Assembly (NCBI GenBank): GCA_963843575.1
Contig: CAWJKZ010000013.1
Coordinates: forward strand, 384,001 to 448,000
Length of the DNA: 64,000 bases
Source of the DNA: an uncultured Acidobacteriota bacterium
GTDB taxonomy: Bacteria > Acidobacteriota > UBA6911
Direction: 5' to 3'
In this document: positions 26,547 through 36,969 of the stretch, one piece after another
Layout: each line of letters opens with the position of its first letter
Numbering within the stretch: the first letter of the stretch is position 1
The notes under the pieces: model-generated
Told to the model about the DNA's origin: nothing
The model's input: only the letters and a program-made list of their open reading frames with translations
Database searches by the model: none
Made by a program: the position numbers and the translations under genes

Positions 26547-27020
26547 ATGAACAAATCACGGTGGAAGTCCTCGAAAGGACAGGCGCTGGTCGAAACTGCT
26601 TTCGTTCTGATCACCCTGCTGCTCTTCACATTTTCGGTGCTGGACTTCTCGCTTATCTTTTATGTCCATCAATCACTCGAGAACGGTATCAACCAGGCCA
26701 CGCGGTACGCCACGACGGGGCAAAGAAAGCAGATCATTGACCCGATAACAGGACTTCCTGTCACGCTGGACCGGGCGGCGTCCATAAAGAAGGCCATGCA
26801 GGAGGCTACCGTCATCGACCTGAGCACGGCCCAGTATACATTCACAAACATCAGCAACCCTGCAGGCGACCCGACGGGCGGCCCCGGAGACATCATCCGG
26901 GTAAAAGTCACGTATGATTGGCCGATTTGCACCCCGTTGATCAGGCCGCTTTTCCCCAGCGGCAAGGTGACTCTGACAGTCGCTTCCGCCGTAAAGAACG
27001 AACCGTTTCCCACATCGTAG
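26547..27020 (+). CDS. tadE: TadE-like pseudopilin
   Basis: KG|QALVETAFV, NQATRYATTG, GGPGDIIRVKVTY, KNEPF. Confidence 0.85.
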   Translation: MNKSRWKSSKGQALVETAFVLITLLLFTFSVLDFSLIFYVHQSLENGINQATRYATTGQRKQIIDPITGLPVTLDRAASIKKAMQEATVIDLSTAQYTFTNISNPAGDPTGGPGDIIRVKVTYDWPICTPLIRPLFPSGKVTLTVASAVKNEPFPTS

Positions 27021-27030
27021 AGCGGCCTTC

Positions 27031-27681
27031 ATGTTCGACAGCTCCAGAAACACATTGATGGGCACGACTAATGTCTTCATGAAAACACGAATGTCGTGGA
27101 ACTGTGCTGAAACCCTGCGGGCGTCGGCCGGTCAGACACTCGTTGAGTTTGCCCTGATGCTGCCGCTTTTCCTGCTGATAATCCTCGGTGTAATCGAGAT
27201 GTCGTTCGCCCTCTACAACCAGAACCTGCTCATCAAGCTGTCACGGGAGGGGGCGAACCTGATCTCCCGGGACACCTCGCTGCAGGACGCCGCGACGGCA
27301 ATGTCGTCCATTGCCACTTCACCGGTTGATTTCAGCAGTGCTAGATCGAGGCTGATTTTTTCGGTGATCCGCCAAGGGACTCGGGGAAGCAATGCAGGGA
27401 GACCTATCCTTTACCAACGCCTGGCAATCGGCAGCTTGAGCGCTGGAAGTGCGCTTGCCACTCAAGGGGCCGGCACCTTCGGAGGGCCCCCCAATTACGT
27501 CGCGATTAACCCCGACGACGACGCCAATCTACGGATTACCAATCTGCCAGCCAACGTGGTCCTCCAGAGCAACGGGCTGATCTTTCTGGCCGAAGTCTAT
27601 AACAGCTATACGCCCATCAGCCCTTTCCAGAATATCGCATTCCGGATGCCTGACAGGTTATACGCGAGTGCGTATTTCTAA
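27031..27681 (+). CDS. TadE/TadF-like pseudopilin
   Basis: AG|QTLVEFALMLP, SREGANLISR; true start may be 27079. Confidence 0.85.
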   Translation: MFDSSRNTLMGTTNVFMKTRMSWNCAETLRASAGQTLVEFALMLPLFLLIILGVIEMSFALYNQNLLIKLSREGANLISRDTSLQDAATAMSSIATSPVDFSSARSRLIFSVIRQGTRGSNAGRPILYQRLAIGSLSAGSALATQGAGTFGGPPNYVAINPDDDANLRITNLPANVVLQSNGLIFLAEVYNSYTPISPFQNIAFRMPDRLYASAYF

Positions 27682-27747
27682 ACCGGGCGCCGATAAGAGG
27701 GTCTAGACGATTTTCTAAAGCTTACGAGGACCAAAGGGCGGCGCAAG

Positions 27748-29169
27748 ATGAGGGTGAAAAAACGTCCGGGAACATGCATGGGGGATGAGCACGGAATCGC
27801 GATTCTGTATGTGGCCGCATCGCTTGTCCTAATGTTGATCTTTGCCGGACTCGCCATCGACCTCGGTTGCGGCTACGTGCTAAAAGGCCAGCTCTCAAAG
27901 GCCGTGGATGGTGCGGCACTGGCCGCGGCACGCACGCTGGGCAGTGGGGATCCGCGAACCGAGGCGGCGCGCATCTTCCGCGCCAATATCCCGGCCCACT
28001 ATATGGGCACCACATCGATGACCGACCCCGACACAGACCTGGGTTTTTTCCAGTCCCGCTATGATGCGGCCAGTGGGGCCAACATCATCACGGTCAGCGC
28101 CAGTGCGGTGCTGCCCACCAGCTTTATGCGCCTCGCAAACCACAACGAACTGAACGTTGTGGCTTCGGGCGAAGCCACCAGGCGGCTGGTTGACCTCGCG
28201 CTGGTTCTCGACACATCCAGTTCGCTGGGAGCAGGATGGCCTGACGTCCGCGATGCGGCACGCACTTTCGTGAATTCATTCTCACCGTCGGACCGGCTTT
28301 CGCTAATCCTCTACAGCAATGGCGCACGCGTGATCGTCCCCATGCCTCCAGACCGCAGCAGCGACCCCGCATCGCTCGCCGCCCAGATTCCGCAAAACAA
28401 CCCGGGCGGGAGCACTGCGATGGATGAAGGATTGTACCGCGGCTGGGACGAGATGCGCACCGTGCCGCGCAACCAGCAGTCAGGATTGCGCGTCATTGTG
28501 CTATTCACGGACGGCTGCAGCAACAGCGTTCCAGGCCTCTACCGCGTCAACGGGATTCCGCTGGGACGAGCGACAGGCCTCAGGACCTATGATTTCCCCG
28601 ATCGCCCGAACGATAACGGCCAGACATGGGACGACCCAACAATTGAAGGGCTCTTCGACACCCAGAGCGGAGCACAGAACCCCAGCTACCAGCTGAGGAC
28701 GACGCGGTGGAATTCGACCGAAACCATAGCCGCTGTCCCGTCCCTGCCCGCCACGAGTTATCACCCGAACCATCGCAGCATGGGCATCCCGGAAGCGTTT
28801 CCCCTGTACGATGCCGCGCTGCCTGGTCAGCGCCCCCCGCGGGCCCCCGCCTCCCGTGCTGATGTGTGGAACATCAACAACGCGGCCCGGAATCTGCTGG
28901 AGATCATCGCCGCGCAGATCCGGGCGGACGACGACGGGAGTTACCCGATCCGGATCTACACAATCGGGATGGGGGTACTGGTGAAAATGCAGCTCGGGAC
29001 AAAGCCGGAACTCTCGGAGGATATGCTCAAGCGCATCTCCAACGACAGGACCTCGCCCGACTACGACAGCGCCCATCCCGACGGTAAGTACTATTATGCG
29101 CAGACTTCGGCGGACGTAGACGCGGCCTTTCAAGCCCTGCGCAGCCAGATCATTCGCTTGAGCAAGTGA
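27748..29169 (+). CDS. tadG: TadG-like pilin with von Willebrand A domain
   Basis: LAIDLG..LSKAVDGAALAAA, MIDAS DTSSS, VIVLFTDG, IYTIGMG. Confidence 0.85.
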   Translation: MRVKKRPGTCMGDEHGIAILYVAASLVLMLIFAGLAIDLGCGYVLKGQLSKAVDGAALAAARTLGSGDPRTEAARIFRANIPAHYMGTTSMTDPDTDLGFFQSRYDAASGANIITVSASAVLPTSFMRLANHNELNVVASGEATRRLVDLALVLDTSSSLGAGWPDVRDAARTFVNSFSPSDRLSLILYSNGARVIVPMPPDRSSDPASLAAQIPQNNPGGSTAMDEGLYRGWDEMRTVPRNQQSGLRVIVLFTDGCSNSVPGLYRVNGIPLGRATGLRTYDFPDRPNDNGQTWDDPTIEGLFDTQSGAQNPSYQLRTTRWNSTETIAAVPSLPATSYHPNHRSMGIPEAFPLYDAALPGQRPPRAPASRADVWNINNAARNLLEIIAAQIRADDDGSYPIRIYTIGMGVLVKMQLGTKPELSEDMLKRISNDRTSPDYDSAHPDGKYYYAQTSADVDAAFQALRSQIIRLSK

Positions 29170-29823
29170 AAGCGCGGTATCGGACGCGGCCGGCTCACAC
29201 GCGATCCGCGCCGATCTACTGCTGCCGGTGCAGGCGCCGCATGTCCTCGAGCTCGTCCATGTGGGGAGAATCGAGCAGGGCCTTCCAATGGAAGCGGCGG
29301 TCAAACGGCTTTAGTGCGACGTCCGCGTCGAACCGGCGCTTGTCGATGGGGCGCACGTCGTCGTAACCCCCGACGGCGCCCCGGTCAAGGAGTAGAGGCA
29401 AGCCGCCACTGCGGCCCCTTCCGGCGGGCCGGTACCGTAGGGGCGGACTGGCGGCCCGCTTCTTGATCGCGGAACCGGTCTGCAACCGCGGGCTCCCCCG
29501 GCACCACTGAATCAGCCACTCACAGCCACCGCCTTTTCGAGCAGACCCCAATTGTGCCCACGGCGCTGAAAGTCAGCCACCCACATTGCCAGTTGTGGGG
29601 TGCCCCGAATTGTAGTCGGCCCTGACGAGTGACCGACCGGCGGCCCGTTACGTCCAATTGGCGCGCTCACTCCCACATCGCCGTATACCGCAAACTGGGA
29701 GTTTCCGACTCACTGGCGCAACTGCTGCGGATTCATGTAGCCAGAGGCCGCACCAGCCGACTATAATCGCTGCAAATCCACTCTCTTCTGATCGCAGTGC
29801 GCCGAAGTGCCAAGGGATTCTCC

Positions 29824-31858
29824 ATGATCGGCAAAACCGTATCGCACTACCGGATCACAGAAAAGCTCGGCTCAGGCGGCATGGGGGAAGTCTACCTGGC
29901 GCACGACACGCAACTCGGACGCAGCGTCGCACTGAAAATACTCCCTCCCGATATGATCGAGGATAAGGAGAGAGTGCAGCGCTTCTTCATGGAAGCTAAA
30001 GCCGCGTCGGCACTCAACCACCCTAATGTCTGCACCATCCATGAGGTTGGCAAGACCGGCGATGGGCTCCTTTTCATCGCAATGGAGAACATCTCCGGCA
30101 AGACCCTCGATTCCGCGATAACCGAACGCGCTCTTACGATACCCGAGATCCTGGACATCGGAGTGCAGCTCGCCGACGCGCTCACCGAGGCGCACGCCAA
30201 AGGCATCACACACCGTGACATAAAGCCCGCCAACATCATGATCACGCCTCGTGGCCAGGTCAAAGTGCTCGATTTCGGACTCGCGAAGCGGCAGGCAGCC
30301 GAAAACGCCGGCCGGAGGAAGCCAGCACCCGGATGGAGACCACTGTTGGCGTGATCCTCGGCACCGTCCAATACATGAGCCCCGAGCAGGCTCTGGGCAA
30401 GAGTATCGACCATCGGACGGACATCTTCAGTCTGGGCGTTGTGCTTTACCAGATGACCACACGCAACCGTCCCTTCTCGGCGCCAGCGCGACAGAAACCA
30501 TCGACCAGATCCTTCATGGACAACCCGCGAAGATAGCGTGTTGCAACAAGGACGTTCCCCAGGAGCTGGAACGGATCATCCGCAAGTGTCTCGAGAAAGA
30601 CCGGGAGCAACGCTACCCATTGGCGAGCGAGCTTCTGACGGAGCTGAAAAACCTGAAGCGTGAATTCGACCCCGGCAACGTAAGCGCTGTGCGCGTCCTG
30701 CCAAAGCCTGGAAGAAGGTTCCGTCGCATGGCGTACTTTACGATCGCCCTGGCGGCAGCCGTCATCGCATGCTGGTCGCTCTATTACTTCCTGGCGCGCA
30801 ACAAGCCGACGGAACCGGGTAATGCCCAGGCCCCGGTACTGCAGCGGGCGCGCCTGAGTACCGGCGGACCTGCATCGGGCAACCAGGAGGCTAACGAATA
30901 CTTTGAAAAGGGCATGATGTTCCTCAGGAAGCAGTTCGACATTCCGCGAAGCCGGCAGATGCTTGAAAGAGCGCTTCAGCTGGATCCGCACTTCGCGGAA
31001 GCCAGGGCTAACCATGCCTTCACCCAGGTGCTGACGATCGACAGCGGGTACTCCAACGACGCCAGCCTGCTTTACCAGGCCGAGGATGAAATCCGGCAGG
31101 CCCTCCAGGATGATCCCCAGTCGGTTGCGGCGCATTCAACCCGTGCGGCCATCCTCCTCTACCAGGGGCGCAAGGAATTGGTCCCAGGCGAGGCTGAGCT
31201 GGCTCTTAAAGCCTACCCGGATGACCTGGATGCCAGGATCTGGCTGATGAATTACCACGAACTCAACGGGGAATACACTGCCGCCCAGAGCCTGGCGATG
31301 CAGGTACTCCAGAGCGATCCCCTGTTTTATCCGGCACGCATGTGTTTGGGGGATTACTTTCGTCAGCAAGGGGACTTTGCGGCTGCCATTCGGGAATTTG
31401 AGAAGTCCTCGAGCAGGATTCACAGAACATTCACGCGCTCGTCAAGCTGACGCGCACGTATGCAGCGGCAGGAGACCTGCGCAACGCTCGCCTTACCCTG
31501 GAGCGCCAGCGCCCGATTGACCGGACCAACTACCAGATTCGCCTCGCATCAGCCCTTCTGCTGGCTCTCGAGCGGCAGCGCAGCCCAGCATTGAAGGAGA
31601 TGGATGAAGAGGTCTTAAGATATGCCGGAATGGTGCCGGATTTGACCTCGCTCGTGGCCGAGTTCTCTACGCGGTTCTGGGAGACGTTCCGAAAGCGTTG
31701 GAATGGCTCGACCGGGCGTTGCGGAGCGGCGATGAGCGCGCTGAGTGGTTGAGCCGCGACCCTCTCTTTGCGAACGTCCGCAGTCAACCTCGCTTCAAGC
31801 AGATTCTGGACTCTATCGCCCTCAGGCGGCAGGTGCGAGCCCAGGCTCGCCACAATAA
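29824..31858 (+). pseudogene. Ser/Thr protein kinase with TM and TPR region, multiply frameshifted
   Basis: [23 protein letters not shown] in one frame; [10 protein letters not shown] in a second; TPR part in further frames. Confidence 0.85.
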
Positions 31859-32338
31859 GTGAACGGCGTCTCCCGGCGTCGGATACTTATAAACCTGCGA
31901 CTTCACAATATCCCGGGAGAGGGAGAGACGGCTAAGGGCTCGCGCAAGAATAAATTCACATTTTGGCGCGAGCGCCGGGCGGGCAGATGCGAGGCGCCGC
32001 GACGCAGGCGATGTCGGTGTCATCGTCGAGGAGCGGCAACGCAGCAGATGCCCGCCCGCCGCCGCGCCGCCGGCGGGCTGACGGCTCCGTCAATAGCAAT
32101 CTCCTAGACTCGAAGACCCGAGGTACACACCATCATGAAAACCGACAGGCGAAAAATGCTGGCAGGTACCGTAAATGTGCTGCAGCACATTTGGTCTACC
32201 TGCACCACGTCGAGAGCCACGCCGATGCGGCAATCAGGCGGGCGCAGATGGACGAGGCGGCAGATATCCAAGCCAGTTCTGGGCGGGAGAAAAGCGGCCA
32301 TTCGTCGGAGGGGGCATTAAATGCGAAATCCTGTAACT

Positions 32339-32363
32339 TGGTGCCGAGGACGGGAATCGAACC
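32339..32363 (-). other. tRNA 3'-end fragment (att-like scar)
   Basis: Minus strand GGTTCGATTCCCGTCCTCGGCACCA, 20/25 identical to the 3' end of tRNA-Leu at 50196, same orientation. Confidence 0.7.
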
Positions 32364-32514
32364 TTCGGCGCTCGCCAGAAGTTACCCGGCCCTGCTTTTG
32401 AGAAGTGACCCACCTGAGATTCATTCCACTGCATTGATCGGTCTCCCGCCCTCGGAGAATTGAATACAGCATCGGTTTCAGCGTGGGAGGGCAGTCGCGT
32501 CCGATACAGGACGA

Positions 32515-32964
32515 ATGTCGAGACCGAAGAAGCCCCACCTGAAACGGTGCACAGTCTGCCGTCACTGGTACCGTCCGTCGGCAAGAGCCACTTTCCAGAA
32601 GACCTGTTCCGAGAGATGCCGCCTGCGGCGTCGACGCCGTCTTGCGCGTCTCCGCAGAGAACACAACCTTCAGGACTACCGGGTGGATGAGAGGGAGCGC
32701 CAACGCATGTCCCGTCAGCGGCGGAAGAAGGCGGCAGAATCCACCGCGATGTCACGCGCCGGGCATCTACCGCAACTCACTGACATTCATAGGCTTGTGC
32801 AGGAAAGTGTGGACAGAGTTCTGAAACGGTCACGCCCTACCTTGATTCGGCAACTGACTGCGTCTCTTGCGGATAATGCGGTGAACCGTGGACAAGCCAT
32901 GCCTCCGGAAGTCATCGGTCACGCGCCGGCTTTCAGCTGCAACTATCTGCCGGAACTGAGTTAA
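32515..32964 (+). CDS. Basic Cys-rich hypothetical protein upstream of ParB-IS21
   Basis: CTVC...CSERC followed by an Arg-rich helix. Confidence 0.55.
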   Translation: MSRPKKPHLKRCTVCRHWYRPSARATFQKTCSERCRLRRRRRLARLRREHNLQDYRVDERERQRMSRQRRKKAAESTAMSRAGHLPQLTDIHRLVQESVDRVLKRSRPTLIRQLTASLADNAVNRGQAMPPEVIGHAPAFSCNYLPELS

Positions 32965-33054
32965 GCCTGAGAATCGTGGACAACGTGTCACGCTCCTGCA
33001 TCGACTCCGAAGACCTTCCGGTGAATGCTCCCTGCATGCTGCGAGGCAGCCACC

Positions 33055-34162
33055 ATGGATCTTGAGTTTCATCAACTCGATCTCCGTTTTGCGCACCTGC
33101 GCGTGCGCCGCCCCGACCGTGAACGCAAACTGCTGGCTTCGCTGGCCGCGTCGGGCCAGCAAGTCCCGATCGTGGTCGTGGCCGTAGGAGATCAGGCAGA
33201 GCGATATCTGGTGATCGACGGCTACAAGCGGGTGGACGCGCTACAGAGGTTGGGCCGAGACACGGTGTGCGCGGCGGTCTGGCAGATGAACGAGGCCGAG
33301 GCTCTCGTGCTGGGCCACTCGTTACGCACCTCCGACGGGGACAGTGCCCTGGAGCAGGGCTGGCTGATCGCGGAACTGCAACACCGGTTCGGACTCGGGC
33401 TCGAGGAGCTGGCCCGCCGGTTCGACCGAAGCGTCAGCTGGGTGTCGCGCCGCCTGGCCCTGGTCGAGCTCCTGCCGGATGCCGTCCAGCGAAAAGGTCC
33501 GCCGCGGCGAGATCACACCGCACGTCGCCATGAGGTTCCTTGTGCCGGTGGCGCGCGCCAACCCGGATGATTGCCAACGTATGGCCGAGGCATACACCGC
33601 TCATAAGTTCAACAGCCGGGGGGCGGGAGAGTTGTATGCGGCCTGGCGCGACGGCTCGCCCGGGATGCGGTCGCGGATTCTCGCGGATCCCGCCCTGTTC
33701 CTGAAGGCGCGCCGGGAGATCGGCAAACCGGATCCGGACACGCAGCCTGCGTCCGCCGAACTGCTGCGGGACCTAGATATGGTTGCGGCTATCGCGCGCC
33801 GTGCCGGTCGGCGCTGGCGGCAGGCCGCCGCCCTGATGGATGGCGCCGACATCGAGCGGGCGCGCCATTGTCTCGAGCACGCCCTGGACGAACTGGCGCG
33901 GCTGGCCCGACGCGTTGAACAGGAGAAGCCCGATGCTGAGCAAAAACCGGCGTATGACGATCCTGGAGCTGCACGGTCGGGGGATGAAGATCCGGCAGAT
34001 TGCCCGGATGCTGCGGATCTCCCGGCCGGTGGTCCGGAAGGTGATCCGTTCCAACTCCGCCGAAGTGCCTCCCCTGCCGCGTTCGGAACGTGCGGAACCG
34101 CACCGCCGCCGCATCCTGGAGCTTTATGCCTCCTGCCAGGGCAACCTGGTCCGGGTCCATGA
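33055..34162 (+). pseudogene. ParB/Srx N-terminal domain + HTH protein, frameshifted near 33490
   Basis: GQQVPIVVV, YLVIDGYKRV, ELARRFDRSVSWVSRRL; continues in the 33479-34162 frame, overlapping istA. Confidence 0.8.
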
Positions 34163-35265
34163 GGAGCTGCTTGCCGAAGGGGCCGAGCTGTCCTACCCGG
34201 CGCTGACGGCCTTCTGCCGCCGCCACGGCATCGGACACGAACCGAAGGAGCCGGCAGGCCGATATCACTTCGAACCCGGCGAGGAGATGCAGCATGACAC
34301 GTCGCCGCATGAACTCACGCTGGCGGGCAGGCGCCGCAAGGTCCAGACCGCCTCGGCGGTCCTGTGCTACTCGCGCATGCTCTTTTTCCAGTTCTTTCCA
34401 ACCTTCCAGCGTTTCGACTGCAAAGTCTTCCTGACGGATGCCCACCGGTATTTTGGGGGAGCGGCACAGCGGGTGATGACCGACAACACCCATGTGGTGG
34501 TATTGCGCGGCACGGGGCGCCAGATGGTTCCCGTTCCTGAGATGGCCGCCTTCGCCGAGCGTTTCGGTTTCCGGTTCGTGGCGCACGAGATTGGTGACTC
34601 CAACCGTTCCGGGCGGGTCGAACGTCCCTTCCATTTTATCGAGCGCAACTTCCTGGCCGGCCGGACCTTCGCCGACTGGGACGATCTCAACCATCAGGCC
34701 CGCACCTGGTGCGAGCGGGTCAACGGCACCTACAAGAAGCACATCCACGCCGTTCCCCGAGAACTGTTCGCGGTCGAACGCCTCCAGCTCAAACCACTCC
34801 CGGCCTGGGTGCCGGAACCCTACCGCTTGCACCAGCGCCTGGTGGACGTCGAAGGATATGTCGTGCTGCACACCAACCGGTACTCGGTGCCGGCTTCATG
34901 GATTGGGCGCCGCGTCGAGGTGCGCGAGACGCGCGACAAGATCGAGATCCAGCTGGATGCGCGCAGCCTGGTCGTGCACCGGAGAATCGTCGATTGCGAA
35001 AGGCAGAGGATTACGCTCGCCGAGCATCGTCCGCCGCGCGGGCAGGGAATCAAGAGAACCGATCCCCATCCGGAGGAGAAGGTGATTGTCGATGCTGTGC
35101 CCGAGGTCGCCGGCTACGTGGCTGAGTTGAAGAAGCACAGCCGCAAGCTGGTGGTTCTTGCCCTGCGCCAACTGCTGCGCATGATCCGGGAGTACCCCCG
35201 CGATGCGCTGCTCCGCGCCGTGGAAGAAGCCTCGCACTATGGGCTCTACGATCTGGACCGTCTCT
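33933..35265 (+). mobile_element. istA: IS21-family transposase IstA, 3'-truncated; istB absent
   Basis: N-terminal HTH, FEPGEEMQHD, LCYSR, TDN, GRVERPF, NRYSVP; joins permease sequence after YDLDRL. Confidence 0.85.
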
Positions 35266-35857
35266 CGGCATCGCCGTCAATTCCACCGTATTCAGCTGGA
35301 TTGACCGCGTGCTGCTGCGTCCTTATCCCGGCGTCAGCGACACCAAGGGACTTGCTCTGATCGAAACCGCAGGCGCCAACGGCGAGCATCTGGTTGCCAC
35401 ATCCTACCTGGATTACCGCGACTACCGCGACAACCTGAAGCTCGTTTCCGCCATCGCGATCGGGCGTTTCACGCCTTTGAGTGTGGGATCGGGTCAGACT
35501 GCCGAGCGCGCGTGGGCCGAACTGGTCTCGGCAAATTACTTCGATGTACTCGGGGTTGTACCGCTCCTCGGTCGCTCCTTCCTGCCGGAAGAAGGTGCAC
35601 ACAAGCCCGGAGCTTTTCCGGTTGCAGTGATCAGCCACCGCATGTGGCAAAATCGCTTCCACGGCGACCGTGACGTGCTGGGTAAGACGATCCGCTTGAA
35701 CCGCCATGAACTAACGATCATCGGAGTTGCGCCTCCGGACTTTCGAGGCACCACTGTCGGGCTGGTCTACGACGTTTGGATGCCCATCACTATGGCTGGC
35801 GAGATGGGAACCGGCCCCGTTCTCAGCTACCGCGGATGCCGGGACCTCACTTCGACG
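35265..35857 (+). pseudogene. ADOP/MacB-type ABC permease internal fragment
   Basis: LGIAVNSTVFSWID, SYLDYRD, VSANYFDVLGV..LGRSF, VAVISHRMW, IIGVAPPDFRG; no start or end. Confidence 0.85.
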
Positions 35858-35959
35858 TGCGAAGGAGGGCCTCCGGAGCCTCAAGGGGGAACAGTGCTGC
35901 GATACCTGCAACTGATCGAGGTGCAGATTTTAGGCTCCCGGGAGCCAAAGCCGCGGCCA
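35858..35959 (+). repeat. 102-bp direct repeat copy of the CDF gene 3' end and trailer (other copy 46469-46570)
   Basis: TGCGAAGGAGGGCCTCC..GAACAGTGCTGCGATACCTGCAACT.ATCGAGGTGCAGATTTTAGGCTCCCGG; few substitutions, no indels. Confidence 0.9.
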
Positions 35960-36354
35960 GGGCGGATCATCGAGATGGGCGGCACGCCTACAGGTGCCGT
36001 CGAGCCCCGGGCTCGCCTGACGGATCAGGGTTCCCAACAATCCGCTACACGCCATATCGTCCTGCCGGCACTCGCATCACCCGTGGCCATCGGGACCAAC
36101 GACCCTCGCCCGCGGTCCGGCCAGGAAGACCTTGATGTTGTGTTGCCAGTGCGCCGGCGCGCCGAGCCTGCCACGCTCCACGCCGGTAGTCTGCGCGCGG
36201 AGGTGTTCAGTGGCGACTGGAGGTCTGCCTTGCACAGCCTCGAGGGGTTCGCTCACGAGGCCGGTTTTTCTGCCTCTCGACCGCAATCAACCCGCAACGT
36301 GCAGCTTGCACCTTGCACATACTTATTTGTACATGTAATAATGCCACTACGATC

Positions 36355-36640
36355 ATGCGGTTCACCTGGGATGAGGACAAGAACCGGCGCAATCTCGCAA
36401 AGCACAAAATCAGTTTCGAGACCGCCAGGCTCGTTTTTGAGGATCCATTCCATGTCAGCCGTCCGGACCGTGTCGTCGAAGGGGAGGGGCGTTGGCAGAC
36501 AATGGGTTTGATCGGATCCGTCGTGGTTGTCCTCGTGGCCCACACCTATCGCGAAGAGGAGGATGAGGCCGTGATCCGGATCATCTCGGCGCGAAAAGCA
36601 ACGTCGCATGAAAGGCGGTACTATGAACAAAATCGACATA
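36355..36640 (+). CDS. brnT: BrnT family toxin (3' end uncertain; the frame reads through to 36810)
   Basis: MRFTWDEDKNRRNLAKHKISF, VIRIISARKAT..ERRYY. Confidence 0.8.
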
Positions 36641-36895
36641 AGCAGGCAAAGGAACTCCGGGACCTGGAGAAAGATGAATCCGAGCGACATCGACCTGTCC
36701 GATCTTCCGGAAGTGCGCGACTGGGACGGCGCGGTGGTCGGCAAGTTTTATCGTCCCATCAAGAAGCCGCTCACACTCCGGATCGATGCCGATGTCCTTG
36801 CGTGGCTTAAATCCCAGGGGAAGGGATATCAAACCCGCATCAATCAAATCCTCCGCTCTGCCATGCTGGACCATGCCCGCAGGCGCAGAGCGTAA
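36623..36895 (+). CDS. brnA: BrnA family antitoxin
   Basis: DIDLSDLPE, FYRPIKKPLTLRIDADVLAWLKSQGKGYQTRINQILR. Confidence 0.88.
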   Translation: MNKIDISRQRNSGTWRKMNPSDIDLSDLPEVRDWDGAVVGKFYRPIKKPLTLRIDADVLAWLKSQGKGYQTRINQILRSAMLDHARRRRA

Positions 36896-36969
36896 GATCA
36901 CAACATCGCGCTCGTGATCGGCGCCATTTTGGCTTCGTAATCCGAGCCCAGATGGCGTATAAGCGCCTT

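Noticed and set aside
35309-36511. 400-aa ORF as a novel fusion protein
   Set aside because: It is a read-through of a permease fragment into the CDF-tail repeat and non-coding or out-of-frame DNA.
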